This document shows, piece by piece, positions 28,240-41,357 of a stretch of 64,000 nucleotides of DNA. Location of the stretch: positions 871-64,870 of the forward strand of contig SVTW01000003.1 of assembly GCA_015063585.1 (NCBI GenBank). The letters run 5' to 3'. The position numbers were made by a program, and so were the translations under genes. The first letter of the stretch is position 1, and the number at the start of each line of letters is the position of its first letter. Source of the stretch: Oscillospiraceae bacterium (GTDB taxonomy: Bacteria; Bacillota; Clostridia; Oscillospirales; CAG-272). The notes beneath the pieces were generated by a model. It searched no databases. It saw only the letters and a list, made by a program, of their open reading frames with translations, and had not been told where the DNA came from.

Positions 28240-29277
28240 TTGATCGAGGTCAAAAATCTGACAAAGAAATACGGCGATCACACCGCGGTGGATCACCTGA
28301 ATTTCAAGATCTACAACGGCAAAATTTACGGTCTGCTCGGGCCGAACGGTGCCGGAAAATCCACCACCATGAATATGATCACGGGCTGTCTTGCCCCCAC
28401 CGAGGGCAGCGTGCGCATCAACGGCTTTGACATGTTTGACAAGCCGCTCAAGGCAAAAAAATGCATTGGCTATCTGCCCGAAATTCCGCCTGTTTACGGC
28501 GAGATGAGTCCCTTTGAATACCTCATGTTCGTGGCGGAGGCAAAGGGCGTTTCTTATGCGCGCGCGCTCCGCCAGGTGCAAGAGGTCATGGAGCTGACGC
28601 TGCTGCTTGACATGCGCGACCGCCTGATCAAAAACCTCTCCAAGGGTTACCGCCAGAGAGTTGGCATTGCGCAGGCAATGCTCGGGAACCCCGACATCAT
28701 CATTCTTGACGAGCCTACCGTGGGGCTTGATCCCAAGCAGATCAAGGAGATCCGCGAGCTGATCCGTCGGCTGGGCGAGATGAAAACCGTGATCGTGAGC
28801 AGCCACATTCTCGCCGAGATCAGCGAGCTTTGCGACCACGTGCTGATCCTGTCGGGCGGCAAGCTGATCGCCAACGCGCCGATTGAGGAGCTACAGGACA
28901 AGGCGGGCACCACCGCGCGCATCAAAATTGCGGTGCGCGGTGACGAACAGGGCATTTTGGAGGTGCTGGACGGCATCGACGAGATCGAATCCTGCACATC
29001 GGAGGGCTCGCGCGAGGCGGGTGTGGTCTCGCTCACCGTTACGGCAAGCGGAGAGACCGACCTGCGCGACCGCATCTTTTTCGCTATGGCAGACCGTCGC
29101 TATGCCGTGGTCTCCATGGAACGCGAAGAGGCATCGCTCGAGAGCATTTTCCTGCGCCTGACCGAGGAAGCCGCACAGTCCGCCAACACCCGCAAAAAGT
29201 CCGCTCCCCTCGCGAGTGCTGAAGTGAATGACCGCGACGGCGAATACGAGCTGATTGACGAAGAAACGGAGGATTGA
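28240..29277 (+). CDS. ABC-2 type transporter ATP-binding protein (GldA-like)
   Basis: GPNGAGKST, LSKGYRQR, ILDEPT and SSH; TTG start inferred. Confidence 0.93.
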   Translation: MIEVKNLTKKYGDHTAVDHLNFKIYNGKIYGLLGPNGAGKSTTMNMITGCLAPTEGSVRINGFDMFDKPLKAKKCIGYLPEIPPVYGEMSPFEYLMFVAEAKGVSYARALRQVQEVMELTLLLDMRDRLIKNLSKGYRQRVGIAQAMLGNPDIIILDEPTVGLDPKQIKEIRELIRRLGEMKTVIVSSHILAEISELCDHVLILSGGKLIANAPIEELQDKAGTTARIKIAVRGDEQGILEVLDGIDEIESCTSEGSREAGVVSLTVTASGETDLRDRIFFAMADRRYAVVSMEREEASLESIFLRLTEEAAQSANTRKKSAPLASAEVNDRDGEYELIDEETED

Positions 29278-29282
29278 GCCTT

Positions 29283-30146
29283 ATGTCCGCTATTTTTCGA
29301 AAAGAATTAAAAATTTATTTTTCGGGTCTGTTCGGATATGTTTCCACCGCGATCCTCCTGCTTTTCGCGGGGCTTTTCTCGGCGCTGATCCATCTCTTTT
29401 CGGCAAGTGCCGATTTCGCCTTGACGCTGACCTTGATGCAATGGGTCTTGATCGTGCTGATCCCCTTTTTCTCCATGCGCAGCATTGCCGAGGAACGCCA
29501 CAGCCGCACCGACCTGCTCCTCTATTCGCTCCCTTTGCGCCTCTCCGAGGTCGTGCTCGGTAAATTTTTGGCGCAGGCGGTCCTGTTTCTCATTCCAACG
29601 GGCGTAATGGCACTCTTCCCGTTGCTCTTTTCCACCATGGGAAGCATCAACCTTGCCTCTGCCTACGTTGCCCTCTTTGGCTACGTGCTCATGGCGCTTG
29701 CCCTGATCGCGCTTTGCACCTACCTCTCCTCGCTGGTGGAAAACCAGATCGTTGCGGCGGTGCTTTCGATCGCGGCATTGCTCGGCTTCTATTTTCTCGG
29801 CTCCTTCCTGCCGCTTTTGCCCACCGCGTCGCTTTTCTCGCTGGTGGTCTGCCTGCTGGCGGCACTCGGCGCGGGGGCTTTGATGTGGCGCGCCACCAAA
29901 AACGTAACGCTCGGCCTGATCATCGCCGCGCTGCTTGTTACCGCCGTCTCTGTGGTCTTTCTTGTAAGACCCGAGGCGTTTGTCAATCTCATTGCTTCAT
30001 TTTTGCATGCCGTGAATCCCTTTACGCGCTTCGGCGGCATGACCTATGGGCATCTTGATCTGCCCGCTGTTCTGTTTTATCTGACCTTTATCGGCGTTTT
30101 CCTGTTCCTCACGGTGCAGTCGATGGAAAAACGCCGCCGCGTTTGA
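29283..30146 (+). CDS. ABC-2 permease (GldF-like)
   Basis: AIFRKELK.YF, MRSIAEER and VVLGKF; multiple TMs. Confidence 0.88.
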   Translation: MSAIFRKELKIYFSGLFGYVSTAILLLFAGLFSALIHLFSASADFALTLTLMQWVLIVLIPFFSMRSIAEERHSRTDLLLYSLPLRLSEVVLGKFLAQAVLFLIPTGVMALFPLLFSTMGSINLASAYVALFGYVLMALALIALCTYLSSLVENQIVAAVLSIAALLGFYFLGSFLPLLPTASLFSLVVCLLAALGAGALMWRATKNVTLGLIIAALLVTAVSVVFLVRPEAFVNLIASFLHAVNPFTRFGGMTYGHLDLPAVLFYLTFIGVFLFLTVQSMEKRRRV

Positions 30147-30163
30147 GAGGAGGGAGGCTTATC

Positions 30164-31693
30164 ATGCAAGAACGCAACCGCATCGCCGCCTTTTTCGGGC
30201 TCAACAAATACCACCGCGCAGGGGCTGTTTCGGCACTGCTGATCCTTTTGGTGCTGGTGCTTGCCATCACGCTCAATGCCCTCACCGCGCTTTTGCCGCA
30301 CACGGTGTCCAAAATCAACCTCACGGGCTCCGATACCTTCAAGCTCTCGTCGCAAACGCTCGATTGGCTGGAGCATGAGCTCGACGAGGACGTGACCCTT
30401 TATTGGCTCTGCTCGGGCGGTCGCGCCGCGGCAGACTCCGACCTGTACGAATTCCTGCTCCGTTTTGAGGAGGCAAGCGACCGCGTCACGCTTCACATCG
30501 TTGACCCCGCCACCACGTCGGATTCCTTTATCCAAGCCTACGGCGGCAGCTGGCCCACCGACCGCAGCCTGATCGTGGAAAGCGAAAAGCGCTATCGGAT
30601 CCTCGATGTCAACGAGCTTTATTACTATTACTACTACGACGGGACCAACAGCATGGTCCTCTCCGCCGCCGAATATCAGGAAATGCTCATGATCATGGAG
30701 GACGAGAAGTATGCCGCGCAAGCCGAAACGCTCCTCTCCTTCTTCACCGCTTATTTTGACGGCAACTCGCGCCTGACCAATGCCGTTAATTTCGTCACGC
30801 GCGACGATATCACCGTGGTCTACACGCTCACGGGCTCGGGTGCCTCGGCGCTTGATTCCAACCTCTCCTATCTGCTCGCGCAGAATTGCCACGAGGTCCG
30901 CACAACCATCTCGATCGCCGCCCTGCCCGAGGACTGCGACGTGCTTCTTCTCAACGCGCCCACCACCGACCTCACCGATGCCGAAGCCGCCGCGCTCTCC
31001 GCATACCTCAATGCCGGCGGAAAGCTCTTTCTCACCACCTTTTATGCCGCCGCTGACCTCCCCAACCTTGCAAAGGTCCTCGGCACTTACGGACTTGGCT
31101 TTATGGACGAGGTGAACACCGTGCTGGAAAACAACCCGAACTACGCGCTCAGCGATTCCACCTCCTCCTACCCCTCGCTCTTTAAAGTCCATCTGCGCGC
31201 CGATCACCCCTTTGGCGAGGGGCTCGAAAACTCCTTTATCGTTTATTTCCCGCACGCGATCACGCTCACCGAAACCGAGGGTGTTACGCTCACCTCTTGG
31301 CTCTATACCTCGGCGGCGGGTCAGCTTTCGGTCTATAACAAGACCGACAAAAAATGGGAAAACAGCGAGAAACGTGCCGAATATACGGTCGGCGCGATCG
31401 CCGAGCGCGGAGAGACACAGATCGTTTGGATCTCCTCGCCCGATGCCCTCACTGCAAATATCAATGCCTATACAACGGGCAGCGCGAACTTTGCACTCAT
31501 CAAATCTGTGATCGACCACCTCGGCAATACTGCAAATGAGTCGATCTCGATCCCATCCGCGCAAATCCCGCCCGCGAAGCTCGCCGTTACCCCCAATCAG
31601 CTCATGATCTGGAGTATCGTGCTCGTGCTCGTCCTGCCCGCCTCCGCACTTACCGTCGGCATCATCGTTTGGTCCTTTAGAAAGAAAAAATAA
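30164..31693 (+). CDS. GldG-like ABC transporter accessory protein
   Basis: N-terminal TM, INLT..FKLS, LDEDVTLY, VDP, LTNAVNFV, PTTDLT and YLNAGGK; C-terminal TM. Confidence 0.8.
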   Translation: MQERNRIAAFFGLNKYHRAGAVSALLILLVLVLAITLNALTALLPHTVSKINLTGSDTFKLSSQTLDWLEHELDEDVTLYWLCSGGRAAADSDLYEFLLRFEEASDRVTLHIVDPATTSDSFIQAYGGSWPTDRSLIVESEKRYRILDVNELYYYYYYDGTNSMVLSAAEYQEMLMIMEDEKYAAQAETLLSFFTAYFDGNSRLTNAVNFVTRDDITVVYTLTGSGASALDSNLSYLLAQNCHEVRTTISIAALPEDCDVLLLNAPTTDLTDAEAAALSAYLNAGGKLFLTTFYAAADLPNLAKVLGTYGLGFMDEVNTVLENNPNYALSDSTSSYPSLFKVHLRADHPFGEGLENSFIVYFPHAITLTETEGVTLTSWLYTSAAGQLSVYNKTDKKWENSEKRAEYTVGAIAERGETQIVWISSPDALTANINAYTTGSANFALIKSVIDHLGNTANESISIPSAQIPPAKLAVTPNQLMIWSIVLVLVLPASALTVGIIVWSFRKKK

Positions 31694-31699
31694 TCTGCA

Positions 31700-32391
31700 G
31701 GACGCGCGGGGACGCGGGGACGCGGTTTATGCGGGGGCGCGATTAATGCGGGGGCTTTTTGAAAAAAGACCCCTGCACCCCAAAAACTTCCCCGAACGAA
31801 TTTTTATTGTGTGATGGAATGTTTATCGTCTCAAGGCTAAGGTATTCCCAATTGCCGTCAGGCGCCGCCAAGACCCTGCCGGCACTCGCGGAAGACGCGG
31901 GGATGCGGCTTGCGGGGGACTTTTGCAAAAGTCCCCCTGCACCCCCAAAAACTTTCCGGACTATTTTTATAGTGTGATGGGGTGCGCGTCGGCTCAGGAC
32001 TTAGGTATTGCCAATTGCCGTCAGGCGCCACCAAGACCCTGCCGGCACTCGCGGAAAAGAAAGAACAGCCCATGTCTTGTAGGGACCGGCGTAGCGAAGC
32101 GACGTGAGCGGAATGAATGACACCACGGTGTGGTGTCAGAACGCGAGCGTGACCGAGCCGCAGTGAGAACTCGACGGTCCAAGTGCGATAAGATTAAACC
32201 CTGCCGGCACTGTCGAGAAAGCAAATGTTTCCACAGCCTCCCTCCGGGAGGGAGGTGGGTTTTGCGTAGCAAAAGCCGGAAGGAGCCGGCGATGGCTATG
32301 CCTTGTAATTCCCAAAAACAGGAACGACATGACTCATACGCATGCTCTTTCCGTCACGACTCCGTCGTGCCACCCCCTCGCGGAGGGAGCT
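31700..32391 (+). repeat. Mosaic array R5 (B-C J K-C J G J F)
   Basis: Junctions at about 31880, 32043 and 32205; lies between convergent genes. Confidence 0.92.
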
Positions 32392-32432
32392 GGTTTATGC
32401 AAGATTTTTACACCCTTTGTGTTTTCATCCGA

Positions 32433-32468
32433 AAGGGGCGGTCTCATTTCAACTTGAGACCGCCCCTT
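32433..32468. terminator. Hairpin, probable intrinsic terminator
   Basis: AAGGGGCGGTCTCA-8 nt-TGAGACCGCCCCTT, a perfect 14-bp stem just downstream of the minus-strand lipoprotein gene. Confidence 0.7.
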
Positions 32469-32492
32469 ATGTTTGTGCGTAAGTATTTCATG

Positions 32493-33119
32493 TTAGCCCG
32501 TAAAGGAATCGAGGTACCAAAGTCCATCGTCCTGTTTGACAATGCGGATCGACGCGGTTTGCGTCTGCTCGGGCGTGATATCGAGAACGTATTCGATTTC
32601 GACAAAGCAAGCATCGCGTTTGCCGATGGTCACGACCTTCATCGTAGAATAGTCATAGATCGGGATCCCCTCTATGGCAAAGGCATTTGAGGTGGATTGA
32701 TACAGCGAGCCGTTTTCCTCCAGATAGCGAGCACCCGTCACGGCAGTGTCGGACGCGAGACCGTCAAAGGCGGCGGGAAAGAGCGCGGTTTCCAAATACT
32801 TCTGGCTATACACCTTTGCGGCGGCAATTTTGATCTCGTCCACCGACTGAAAATTCGCCTGCGGTTTCACGAGCTCGTAGTCGCCCTTATAGGGAAAATC
32901 GAAGTACAGGTGTGAAAATTCGGCAAATGCCGAGTCGGTTTTCCACACGGGCAGACCGTCGCCATAAAAGACCGTATTCAATTCATAGGACGCTTCGATC
33001 AGCTCCACCACACGGTCGTAGATTTCATCGACGTGGGGTGGGGTGGCGCATGCCGAAAAGGTGACAAGAACCGTGGACAGCATGCAGAGTGTTAAAATCA
33101 TTAATAGTATTTTTTTCAT
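32493..33119 (-). CDS. Hypothetical lipoprotein
   Basis: MKKILL...VTFSAC lipobox signal peptide. Confidence 0.8.
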   Translation of the reverse strand: MKKILLMILTLCMLSTVLVTFSACATPPHVDEIYDRVVELIEASYELNTVFYGDGLPVWKTDSAFAEFSHLYFDFPYKGDYELVKPQANFQSVDEIKIAAAKVYSQKYLETALFPAAFDGLASDTAVTGARYLEENGSLYQSTSNAFAIEGIPIYDYSTMKVVTIGKRDACFVEIEYVLDITPEQTQTASIRIVKQDDGLWYLDSFTG

Positions 33120-33132
33120 GTTCTTTCCTTTT

Positions 33133-33525
33133 TTCGGGAATTGCAAGGCTTATCCTTCGCCGGCTCCTTCCGGCTTTTGCTGCGCAAAACCCACCTCCCT
33201 CCCGGAGGGAGGCTGTGAGATAATTCGCTTTCTCGGTAATGCCCGATGGGTTTATGTTATCGAAAATCCCCTTCTTGGGTCATTCTGAGCCGCGCAAGCG
33301 TGTGAAGAATCTGGTTACTTTTCTGAAAAAGGCTAAGCCTTTAAAAGAATGTTTCAAGATCCTTCGCGGCTAACGCCCCGCTCAGGATGACCCACAAGGG
33401 GGCGAAAAACGCATACACGTGTGTTTTTCTTTATCGGCAGTGCCGGCAGGGTCTTGGCTAGCCTCGACGGCAATTGGCAATACCTGATCACTTGGACCGT
33501 CGCGTTCTCACTGCGGTTCGGTCAC
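33133..33525 (-). repeat. Mosaic array R6 (G fragment, C', J, E pair, J, partial F)
   Basis: Junction-like sites at about 33230-33255 and 33430-33456; the G fragment overlaps the gyrA stop. Confidence 0.88.
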
Positions 33526-36042
33526 TTCTGTAGTCGGTTCTTCGGTGGGTTCTTCGGTGGGTTCTTCGGGATTTTCGTCCTCGCTATGCGGCGTGGTGGT
33601 GAAGTTTACAAGCTTTTGGTCCTCGCCAAGACGCATCACAATGACACCGCCCGCGCTTCTCGAACGGCTCGGGATTCCCGAAACGGGAGTACGAATGATG
33701 GTACCCGTGTCGGTAATCATCATCAGGTCGTCGTTGTCGTCCACCGCGGCAATACCCGTGAGGATTCCGCTCTTTTCGGTGAGGTTGTAGCAGGTAACAC
33801 CCATACCGCCGCGATGCTTCATCAGGCGGAAATCGTCGAACGGGCTACGTTTTCCGAATCCGTTTTCGGTAACACAGAGCAGGTCCTTGCCTTCCTCTAC
33901 CACGCAAACACCCGCAACGTAGTCACCGTCACGCAGGTTGATTCCGCGCACACCTCTTGCGGTTCTGCCCATCACGCGCACGTTGCTCTCCGAGAATCGG
34001 AGCGCCTGTCCTTGTGCTGTGGCGATCAGCAGGTCGCATTCACCCTCGGTTGCAACCACAAATACAAGCTCGTCGCCCTCGTCCAGATTGAGCGCGATCT
34101 TGCCGCCCTTACGCTGGTATTCGTATTCCGACAGCAGCGTGCGCTTGATTACACCGCGCTTGGTTACCATGGTGAGGTAACGGTCGTCCGAGAAGCCGTC
34201 GACGCTGATGCACGCCGTGATCTTCTCGCCTTCGGTCAGCTCGAGAATGTTGACAATGTTTTGTCCCTTTGCGGTTCTGCCCGCCTCGGGAATCATATAC
34301 GCCTTGCGCATTTGTACCTTTCCCGTGTTGGTGAACATCATCAGATAGGAGTGGCTGTTGACCGCGATCACACGCTCGATATAATCCTCTTCCTTTGTGG
34401 ACATACCGATAATGCCGCGTCCGCCACGGTTTTGCGCCGAATAGGTGTCGGCAGGCTGACGCTTGATGTAGCCCGCGTGCGTGAGCGTAATGACACAGCT
34501 ATGGCGCTCGATCAGATCCTCGAGAATGATCTCATGCTCGGCGGGAACAATATCGGTGCGGCGATCGTCGGCATACTTGCGGCGGATCTCGCCCAGCTCG
34601 TCCTTGATGATCTGGCGGATCTTGCCCATGTCGGCAAGAATTGCCTCCAGCTCGGCGATCAGCGCGTGCAAGCGTGCCAGCTCGTCCTCAATTTTGCTAC
34701 GCTCCATGCCCGTCAGCTTGCCAAGCGTCATTTCCACGATCGCTTGTGCCTGCAGGTCGGAAAGACCAAACCGCTCCATCAGCGTGAGCTTGGATTCGGG
34801 GATCGAGGGCGAGGTCTTCATGATCTGCACGATCTCGTCAATGTTGTCGAGCGCGATCTTATAGCCCTCGTAAATATGTGCCTTCGCCTTTGCCTTGTCC
34901 AGATCATACTGCGTGCGGCGGATAATGACCTGCTCCTGATGCGCGATATAGTGATCGAGGATCGTGGGCAGATCCAGCACCTTCGGCTCGTTGTTCACAA
35001 GCGCGAGCATGTTGATGGCAAAGGTCTCCTGAAGCTGGGTGTATTTGTAAAGCTGGTTGAGCACGATCTGCGGATTGACGTCGCGGCGATACTCCACCAC
35101 AATGCGCATACCGTCTCTGCCCGATTCGTCGCGCAGCTCGGTAATGCCGTCGATCTTCTTTTCCTTTACACAGTCGGCGATCGACTCGCAAAGCATGCTC
35201 TTGTTCACGCCGAACGGAATTTCGGTGAACACGATGCGGCGGTGATCCTCCTCGATCGCGGCACGTGAGCGCACCATGATGTGTCCCTTACCCGTGGTGT
35301 AAGCCGCGCGAATGCCGTTGACACCGTAGATCGTCGCGTAGGTCGGAAAATCGGGACCCTTGATATATTCCATCAGCTCGTCAACCGTGGATTCGGGATG
35401 GTCCATGCGGTAGACCGTGGCATCAATGACTTCCCCCAGATTGTGCGGCGGAATGTTGGTTGCCATACCAACCGCAATACCCATCGAACCGTTGACCAAA
35501 AGATTGGGGAAGCGCGAGGGCAAAACCGTCGGCTCTTGCAGGCGGTTGTCAAAGTTGGGCATCATGGGAACCACGTTTTTGTCAAGGTCACGCATCATCT
35601 CGTCGGCAATGCGGTCCAAACGCGCCTCGGTGTAACGGTATGCGGCGGCGGGGTCGCCGTCGACCGAACCGAAGTTACCGTGACCCTCTACCAAGGGATA
35701 GCGCAGAGAGAAGGGCTGTGCCATACGTACCATCGTGCCGTAAACGGCGGCGTCACCGTGCGGGTGATAGCGACCCAGCACGTTACCAACCGTGGTTGCC
35801 GACTTGCGGAAGGGCTTGGAGTGTACCAAGCCGTCCTCGTACATTGCGTACAGAATCCGTCTCGCACCCGGCTTCATGCCGTCCCGTACGTCGGGAAGCG
35901 CGCGCGCCATGATGACCGACATGGAGTATTCAATGAAGGATTTTTTAACCTCCTTCTCCATACTCACGTCCACGATCTTCTGGTTTTCAAACAGGGCGAT
36001 CTCCTGCTGATTTGCTGCGTTTTTGTCTTTTTCGTTTGCCAC
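33508..36042 (-). CDS. gyrA: DNA gyrase subunit A
   Basis: [26 protein letters not shown] (catalytic Tyr) and GyrA-box QNRGGRG. Confidence 0.97.
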   Translation of the reverse strand: MANEKDKNAANQQEIALFENQKIVDVSMEKEVKKSFIEYSMSVIMARALPDVRDGMKPGARRILYAMYEDGLVHSKPFRKSATTVGNVLGRYHPHGDAAVYGTMVRMAQPFSLRYPLVEGHGNFGSVDGDPAAAYRYTEARLDRIADEMMRDLDKNVVPMMPNFDNRLQEPTVLPSRFPNLLVNGSMGIAVGMATNIPPHNLGEVIDATVYRMDHPESTVDELMEYIKGPDFPTYATIYGVNGIRAAYTTGKGHIMVRSRAAIEEDHRRIVFTEIPFGVNKSMLCESIADCVKEKKIDGITELRDESGRDGMRIVVEYRRDVNPQIVLNQLYKYTQLQETFAINMLALVNNEPKVLDLPTILDHYIAHQEQVIIRRTQYDLDKAKAKAHIYEGYKIALDNIDEIVQIMKTSPSIPESKLTLMERFGLSDLQAQAIVEMTLGKLTGMERSKIEDELARLHALIAELEAILADMGKIRQIIKDELGEIRRKYADDRRTDIVPAEHEIILEDLIERHSCVITLTHAGYIKRQPADTYSAQNRGGRGIIGMSTKEEDYIERVIAVNSHSYLMMFTNTGKVQMRKAYMIPEAGRTAKGQNIVNILELTEGEKITACISVDGFSDDRYLTMVTKRGVIKRTLLSEYEYQRKGGKIALNLDEGDELVFVVATEGECDLLIATAQGQALRFSESNVRVMGRTARGVRGINLRDGDYVAGVCVVEEGKDLLCVTENGFGKRSPFDDFRLMKHRGGMGVTCYNLTEKSGILTGIAAVDDNDDLMMITDTGTIIRTPVSGIPSRSRSAGGVIVMRLGEDQKLVNFTTTPHSEDENPEEPTEEPTEEPTTEVTEPQ

Positions 36043-36096
36043 GTTTCTATACCTTTCCTGTTCGTATATTGTCTGAAATTACAATCAAAATTTGCG

Positions 36097-36645
36097 TTAA
36101 ATGATGCGGCGTCGCTCCAGCCTGCGGCAGAAGGAGCGAAGCGGCAAAAAGAGCGCGATCCCGCATACAGCCGTGAGCAAAAGCTCGGGCAGGACAGCCG
36201 TCCACAAAAGCGAGAGAAGCGAAAACGTCGCATAGCTCAGGCTCGCCCGGAGCAGGGTCAACGCCGCCTTTGCGGACAGCGCGATCGCAAGCATCGTTAG
36301 ATAGACCGTGAATCGCTTTGGGATCACGGCGCGGGCATAATGCCCGATGGGATAGCATAAAAGAAGATAAAAGAGCGGAAGGAGCGTAAATGTACCGCCC
36401 CCCATTGCCTCGATCAGAAAGCCCGCCGCAATGCCTGTAACGGCACCGGTCTCCTTTCCGCAAAAGAAAGCGATCGCAAGTACGGTAACGGTGGTGAGAT
36501 CGGGTATGGCGCCAAAGATGCGGATACGTCCGAAAAACGAGACCTGCAACACCGTGACAGCAAGGATCAGCACACCGAGCATCAAAACGGCTCGCAAATG
36601 GTCGGACCGTCGCGCCGCGCTGCGGCTCATGAAGTATTTTGCCAT
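36097..36645 (-). CDS. mreD: Rod shape-determining protein MreD
   Basis: Hydrophobic ~180 aa with GAIPDL and G..G..AGFL.E; directly downstream of mreC. Confidence 0.75.
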   Translation of the reverse strand: MAKYFMSRSAARRSDHLRAVLMLGVLILAVTVLQVSFFGRIRIFGAIPDLTTVTVLAIAFFCGKETGAVTGIAAGFLIEAMGGGTFTLLPLFYLLLCYPIGHYARAVIPKRFTVYLTMLAIALSAKAALTLLRASLSYATFSLLSLLWTAVLPELLLTAVCGIALFLPLRSFCRRLERRRII

Positions 36646-36659
36646 ACGTGCCTCTCTTT

Positions 36660-37508
36660 TCAAGCCGCGGGAGCGCTTTTCGACTCATATCCCGTGAGGA
36701 TCATCACCCATTGAAGCGCCGAAAAATCAACTGCGGGGCGCACGGTTGCCACCAAAGCGCGGCTGAATTCGTCCACCTCGACCGAAATGACCTCGCCGAG
36801 ATAAAGATCGGCAGGATAGACGCTCCCGATCCCGCTGGAATACACACGATCCCCCACCTGCACGTCGGCATTTGCCTCCACGTAGGTAAGCTTGCAAAGA
36901 CCCTCCCGCGAGAGCGAATAGTCGCCGCTGACAATGCCCGTGCTGCCGGTTCGCGGCAGATATGCGCCCACCGAGCTGTTGGGATCGATCACCGTGGTGA
37001 CAGAGCACCAATTGATGCCGACCTCGGTAACGTAGCCGACCACACCGGAAGCCGAAATGACGGGCATGTTGACCGCAATGCCGTGAATTTGACCGCGGTT
37101 GAGGGTAAAAGCGGTGGACGTACTGTCGGCAGAGAAGCCGATCACCATCGCGTCGCACATCACAAAAGAGGGGTGTGCGGCTTTGATGTCGAGATATTCG
37201 CGCAGACGCTCGTTCTCGGCTTCGAGAATCTCGCCGCGCTCCAGCTCCTCGCGGAGGGATTCCAATTCGTCTCGCAGGGCTTCATTTTCCTTTGTCAGCG
37301 CGTCGATTCCCTGAAAATACCGTCCAATGCCCGTAAAGCCGTTTGTCACAACCGAGGCGCACCAACGGAAGGGAGCGGTCAGGGTTCCAACTATATTTTT
37401 CGCAAGTCCGCCGTAGCCCATGAGAGAAAACGTGGTTGGAACGGCGCAAAGCACCACAGCCACGCAAAGGCAGATGATAAAAAATTTATTTTGGAATAAT
37501 TTTATCAT
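36660..37508 (-). CDS. mreC: Rod shape-determining protein MreC
   Basis: N-terminal TM, coiled coil ENERLREYL, LNRG..HGI..NMPV...GVVG, SSG.G.VYP and PAVDF. Confidence 0.92.
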   Translation of the reverse strand: MIKLFQNKFFIICLCVAVVLCAVPTTFSLMGYGGLAKNIVGTLTAPFRWCASVVTNGFTGIGRYFQGIDALTKENEALRDELESLREELERGEILEAENERLREYLDIKAAHPSFVMCDAMVIGFSADSTSTAFTLNRGQIHGIAVNMPVISASGVVGYVTEVGINWCSVTTVIDPNSSVGAYLPRTGSTGIVSGDYSLSREGLCKLTYVEANADVQVGDRVYSSGIGSVYPADLYLGEVISVEVDEFSRALVATVRPAVDFSALQWVMILTGYESKSAPAA

Positions 37509-37604
37509 AGTCTTTCTCTTTTCTGCAGATTGGTTTTGACGGTTTGCGGATTTTTTGGAATGGGGTTGAAAAAGTTCAGGGGTTGAGGGTTGAAAAAGTG
37601 CGAG

Positions 37605-38150
37605 GCAGAGCGACGCCAAGCATGACGGAAAGAGCATGCGTATGAGTCTCGTCGTTTCCGTTTTTGGGAATTGCAAGGCTTAGCCATCGCCGGCTCCTTC
37701 CGGCTTTTGCTACGCAAAACCCACCTCCCTCCCGGAGGGAGGCTATGATGAATCTCGCTTTTTCGCGAGTGCCGATGGGGGTGGCAGTGCTTAACATAAT
37801 CGCATTTGGACCGTCGAGTTCTCACTGCGGTTCGGTCACGCTCGCGTTCTTCCTTCTTTGGACCGTCGAGTTCTCACTGCGGCTCGGTCACGCTCGCGTT
37901 CTGACACCACACCGTGGTGTCATTCATTCCGCTCACGCCGCTTCGCTACGCCGGTCCCTACAAGACATGGGTTATTTTTTCTTTATCGGTAGTGCCGGCA
38001 GGGTCTTGGCGGCGCCTGACGGCAATTGGGAATACCTAAGTCCTGAGACGACAGACACTCCATCACACAATAGAAATTGGTTCGGGGAAGTTCTTGAAAG
38101 GTGTCGGAAAACTTCTTTCAAGAAGTTTTCTGACAAAAAAATCGTCTCCC
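37605..38150 (-). repeat. Mosaic array R7 (A-C J G with internal duplication J F)
   Basis: Junctions at about 37760-37784 and 37982-38007; ~45-bp duplication at 37807-37851 / 37858-37902. Confidence 0.9.
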
Positions 38151-38173
38151 TGCAAAAACCGCTCTTGTTATTT

Positions 38174-40213
<2,040 letters not shown>

Positions 40214-40299
40214 TCAATCCCGCATTTTTTATGTGGATTTTTAAATTTTTTTCGATTGATTTTTTGGAAAACTTCTTTATGGGGTGCTCTAAATCGCGT

Positions 40300-41058
40300 G
40301 AGCCTGTGAAGGGTCTTGAAACATTCTTTTAAAGGCTTTGCCTTTTTCAAAAAAGCAACTCTCATACGGCAAGCCAATGGCGATTTAAAGTAGATCCCTG
40401 CCTCAAACAACCCATGGTTGTTTTCGTTGGTTTTGCTCCGTTCGGCATGCCTCACCTACGCAAAACTTCGACTCGGGGCTTCGCCCCTTCGCTCAGGATG
40501 ACTCGAAAAATGTATTTTTTCTTTATCGGTAGTGCCGGCAGGGTCTTGGCGGTGCCTGCTGGCAAACGGCAGTACCTAAGTCCTGAGCCGACGCGCACTC
40601 CATCACACTATCAAAATCATTCGGGGAAGTTCTTGAAAGGTGTCGGAAAACTTCTTTCAAGAAGTTTTCTGACGAAAAAACGCATCTCCCGTGTTGCTCT
40701 CGGCACTCCACAGTCGATTTTTCTTTGCAAGAAGGAGGCGCAAAGAAAAATCTATCAAAAAGAAACGCCGATAGAAGGATTTCGCGCTCTGCGGAGCGCG
40801 CCAAGGGCTACTCGCCCTTGACCTCGCAAGCTTTTGAAAAAGCTTGACCAAAACTTTTCCGACAGAGCTTTCGGTTTTTTCCGCGAGTGCCGGCAGGGTC
40901 TTGGCGGCGCCTGACGGCAATTGGGAATACCTAAGTCCTGAGCCGACGCGCACCCCATCACACTATAAAAATCGTTCGGGAAAGTTCTTGAAAGGTGTCG
41001 GAAAACTTCTTTCAAGAAGTTTTCTGACGAAAACCGCGCCCCCGCGTTCCCCGCAAAA
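40300..41058 (-). repeat. Mosaic array R8 (A-C J D-A-C J M)
   Basis: Reverse junction cores at 40535 and 40890. Confidence 0.92.
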
Positions 41059-41079
41059 CCTGCTTTTTTTAAACTACCT

Positions 41080-41352
41080 TTACCCTTCGAATCCGCCGAA
41101 TTGTTCGACTCTGCCACAGAGAGCAGAAGTGGAGAGTTGAGAGAAGCAGATGCGATAAGCCTTTGTTTTCGGGTCGCGGTAAAGTACAAAGGATTTCGGA
41201 ATTTCTTCGGATGCAAAGCGCACACTTCCCTGCCGATTTGCCGCATTGATATACTTTTTTGTGACAGCCGAAACGGTTGCCGTGTCGGCATCAAAGATTG
41301 CTACAATATCACGAATGCGAATGTTCTGATTATTTCCAACGTGTAAATACAT
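41080..41352 (-). CDS. remB: RemB/YaaB (DUF370) family protein
   Basis: MYLHVG...IVAIFD...PKSFV...S.STSAL..R, in its usual position between recF and gyrB. Confidence 0.88.
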   Translation of the reverse strand: MYLHVGNNQNIRIRDIVAIFDADTATVSAVTKKYINAANRQGSVRFASEEIPKSFVLYRDPKTKAYRICFSQLSTSALCGRVEQFGGFEG

Positions 41353-41357
41353 GGCGA

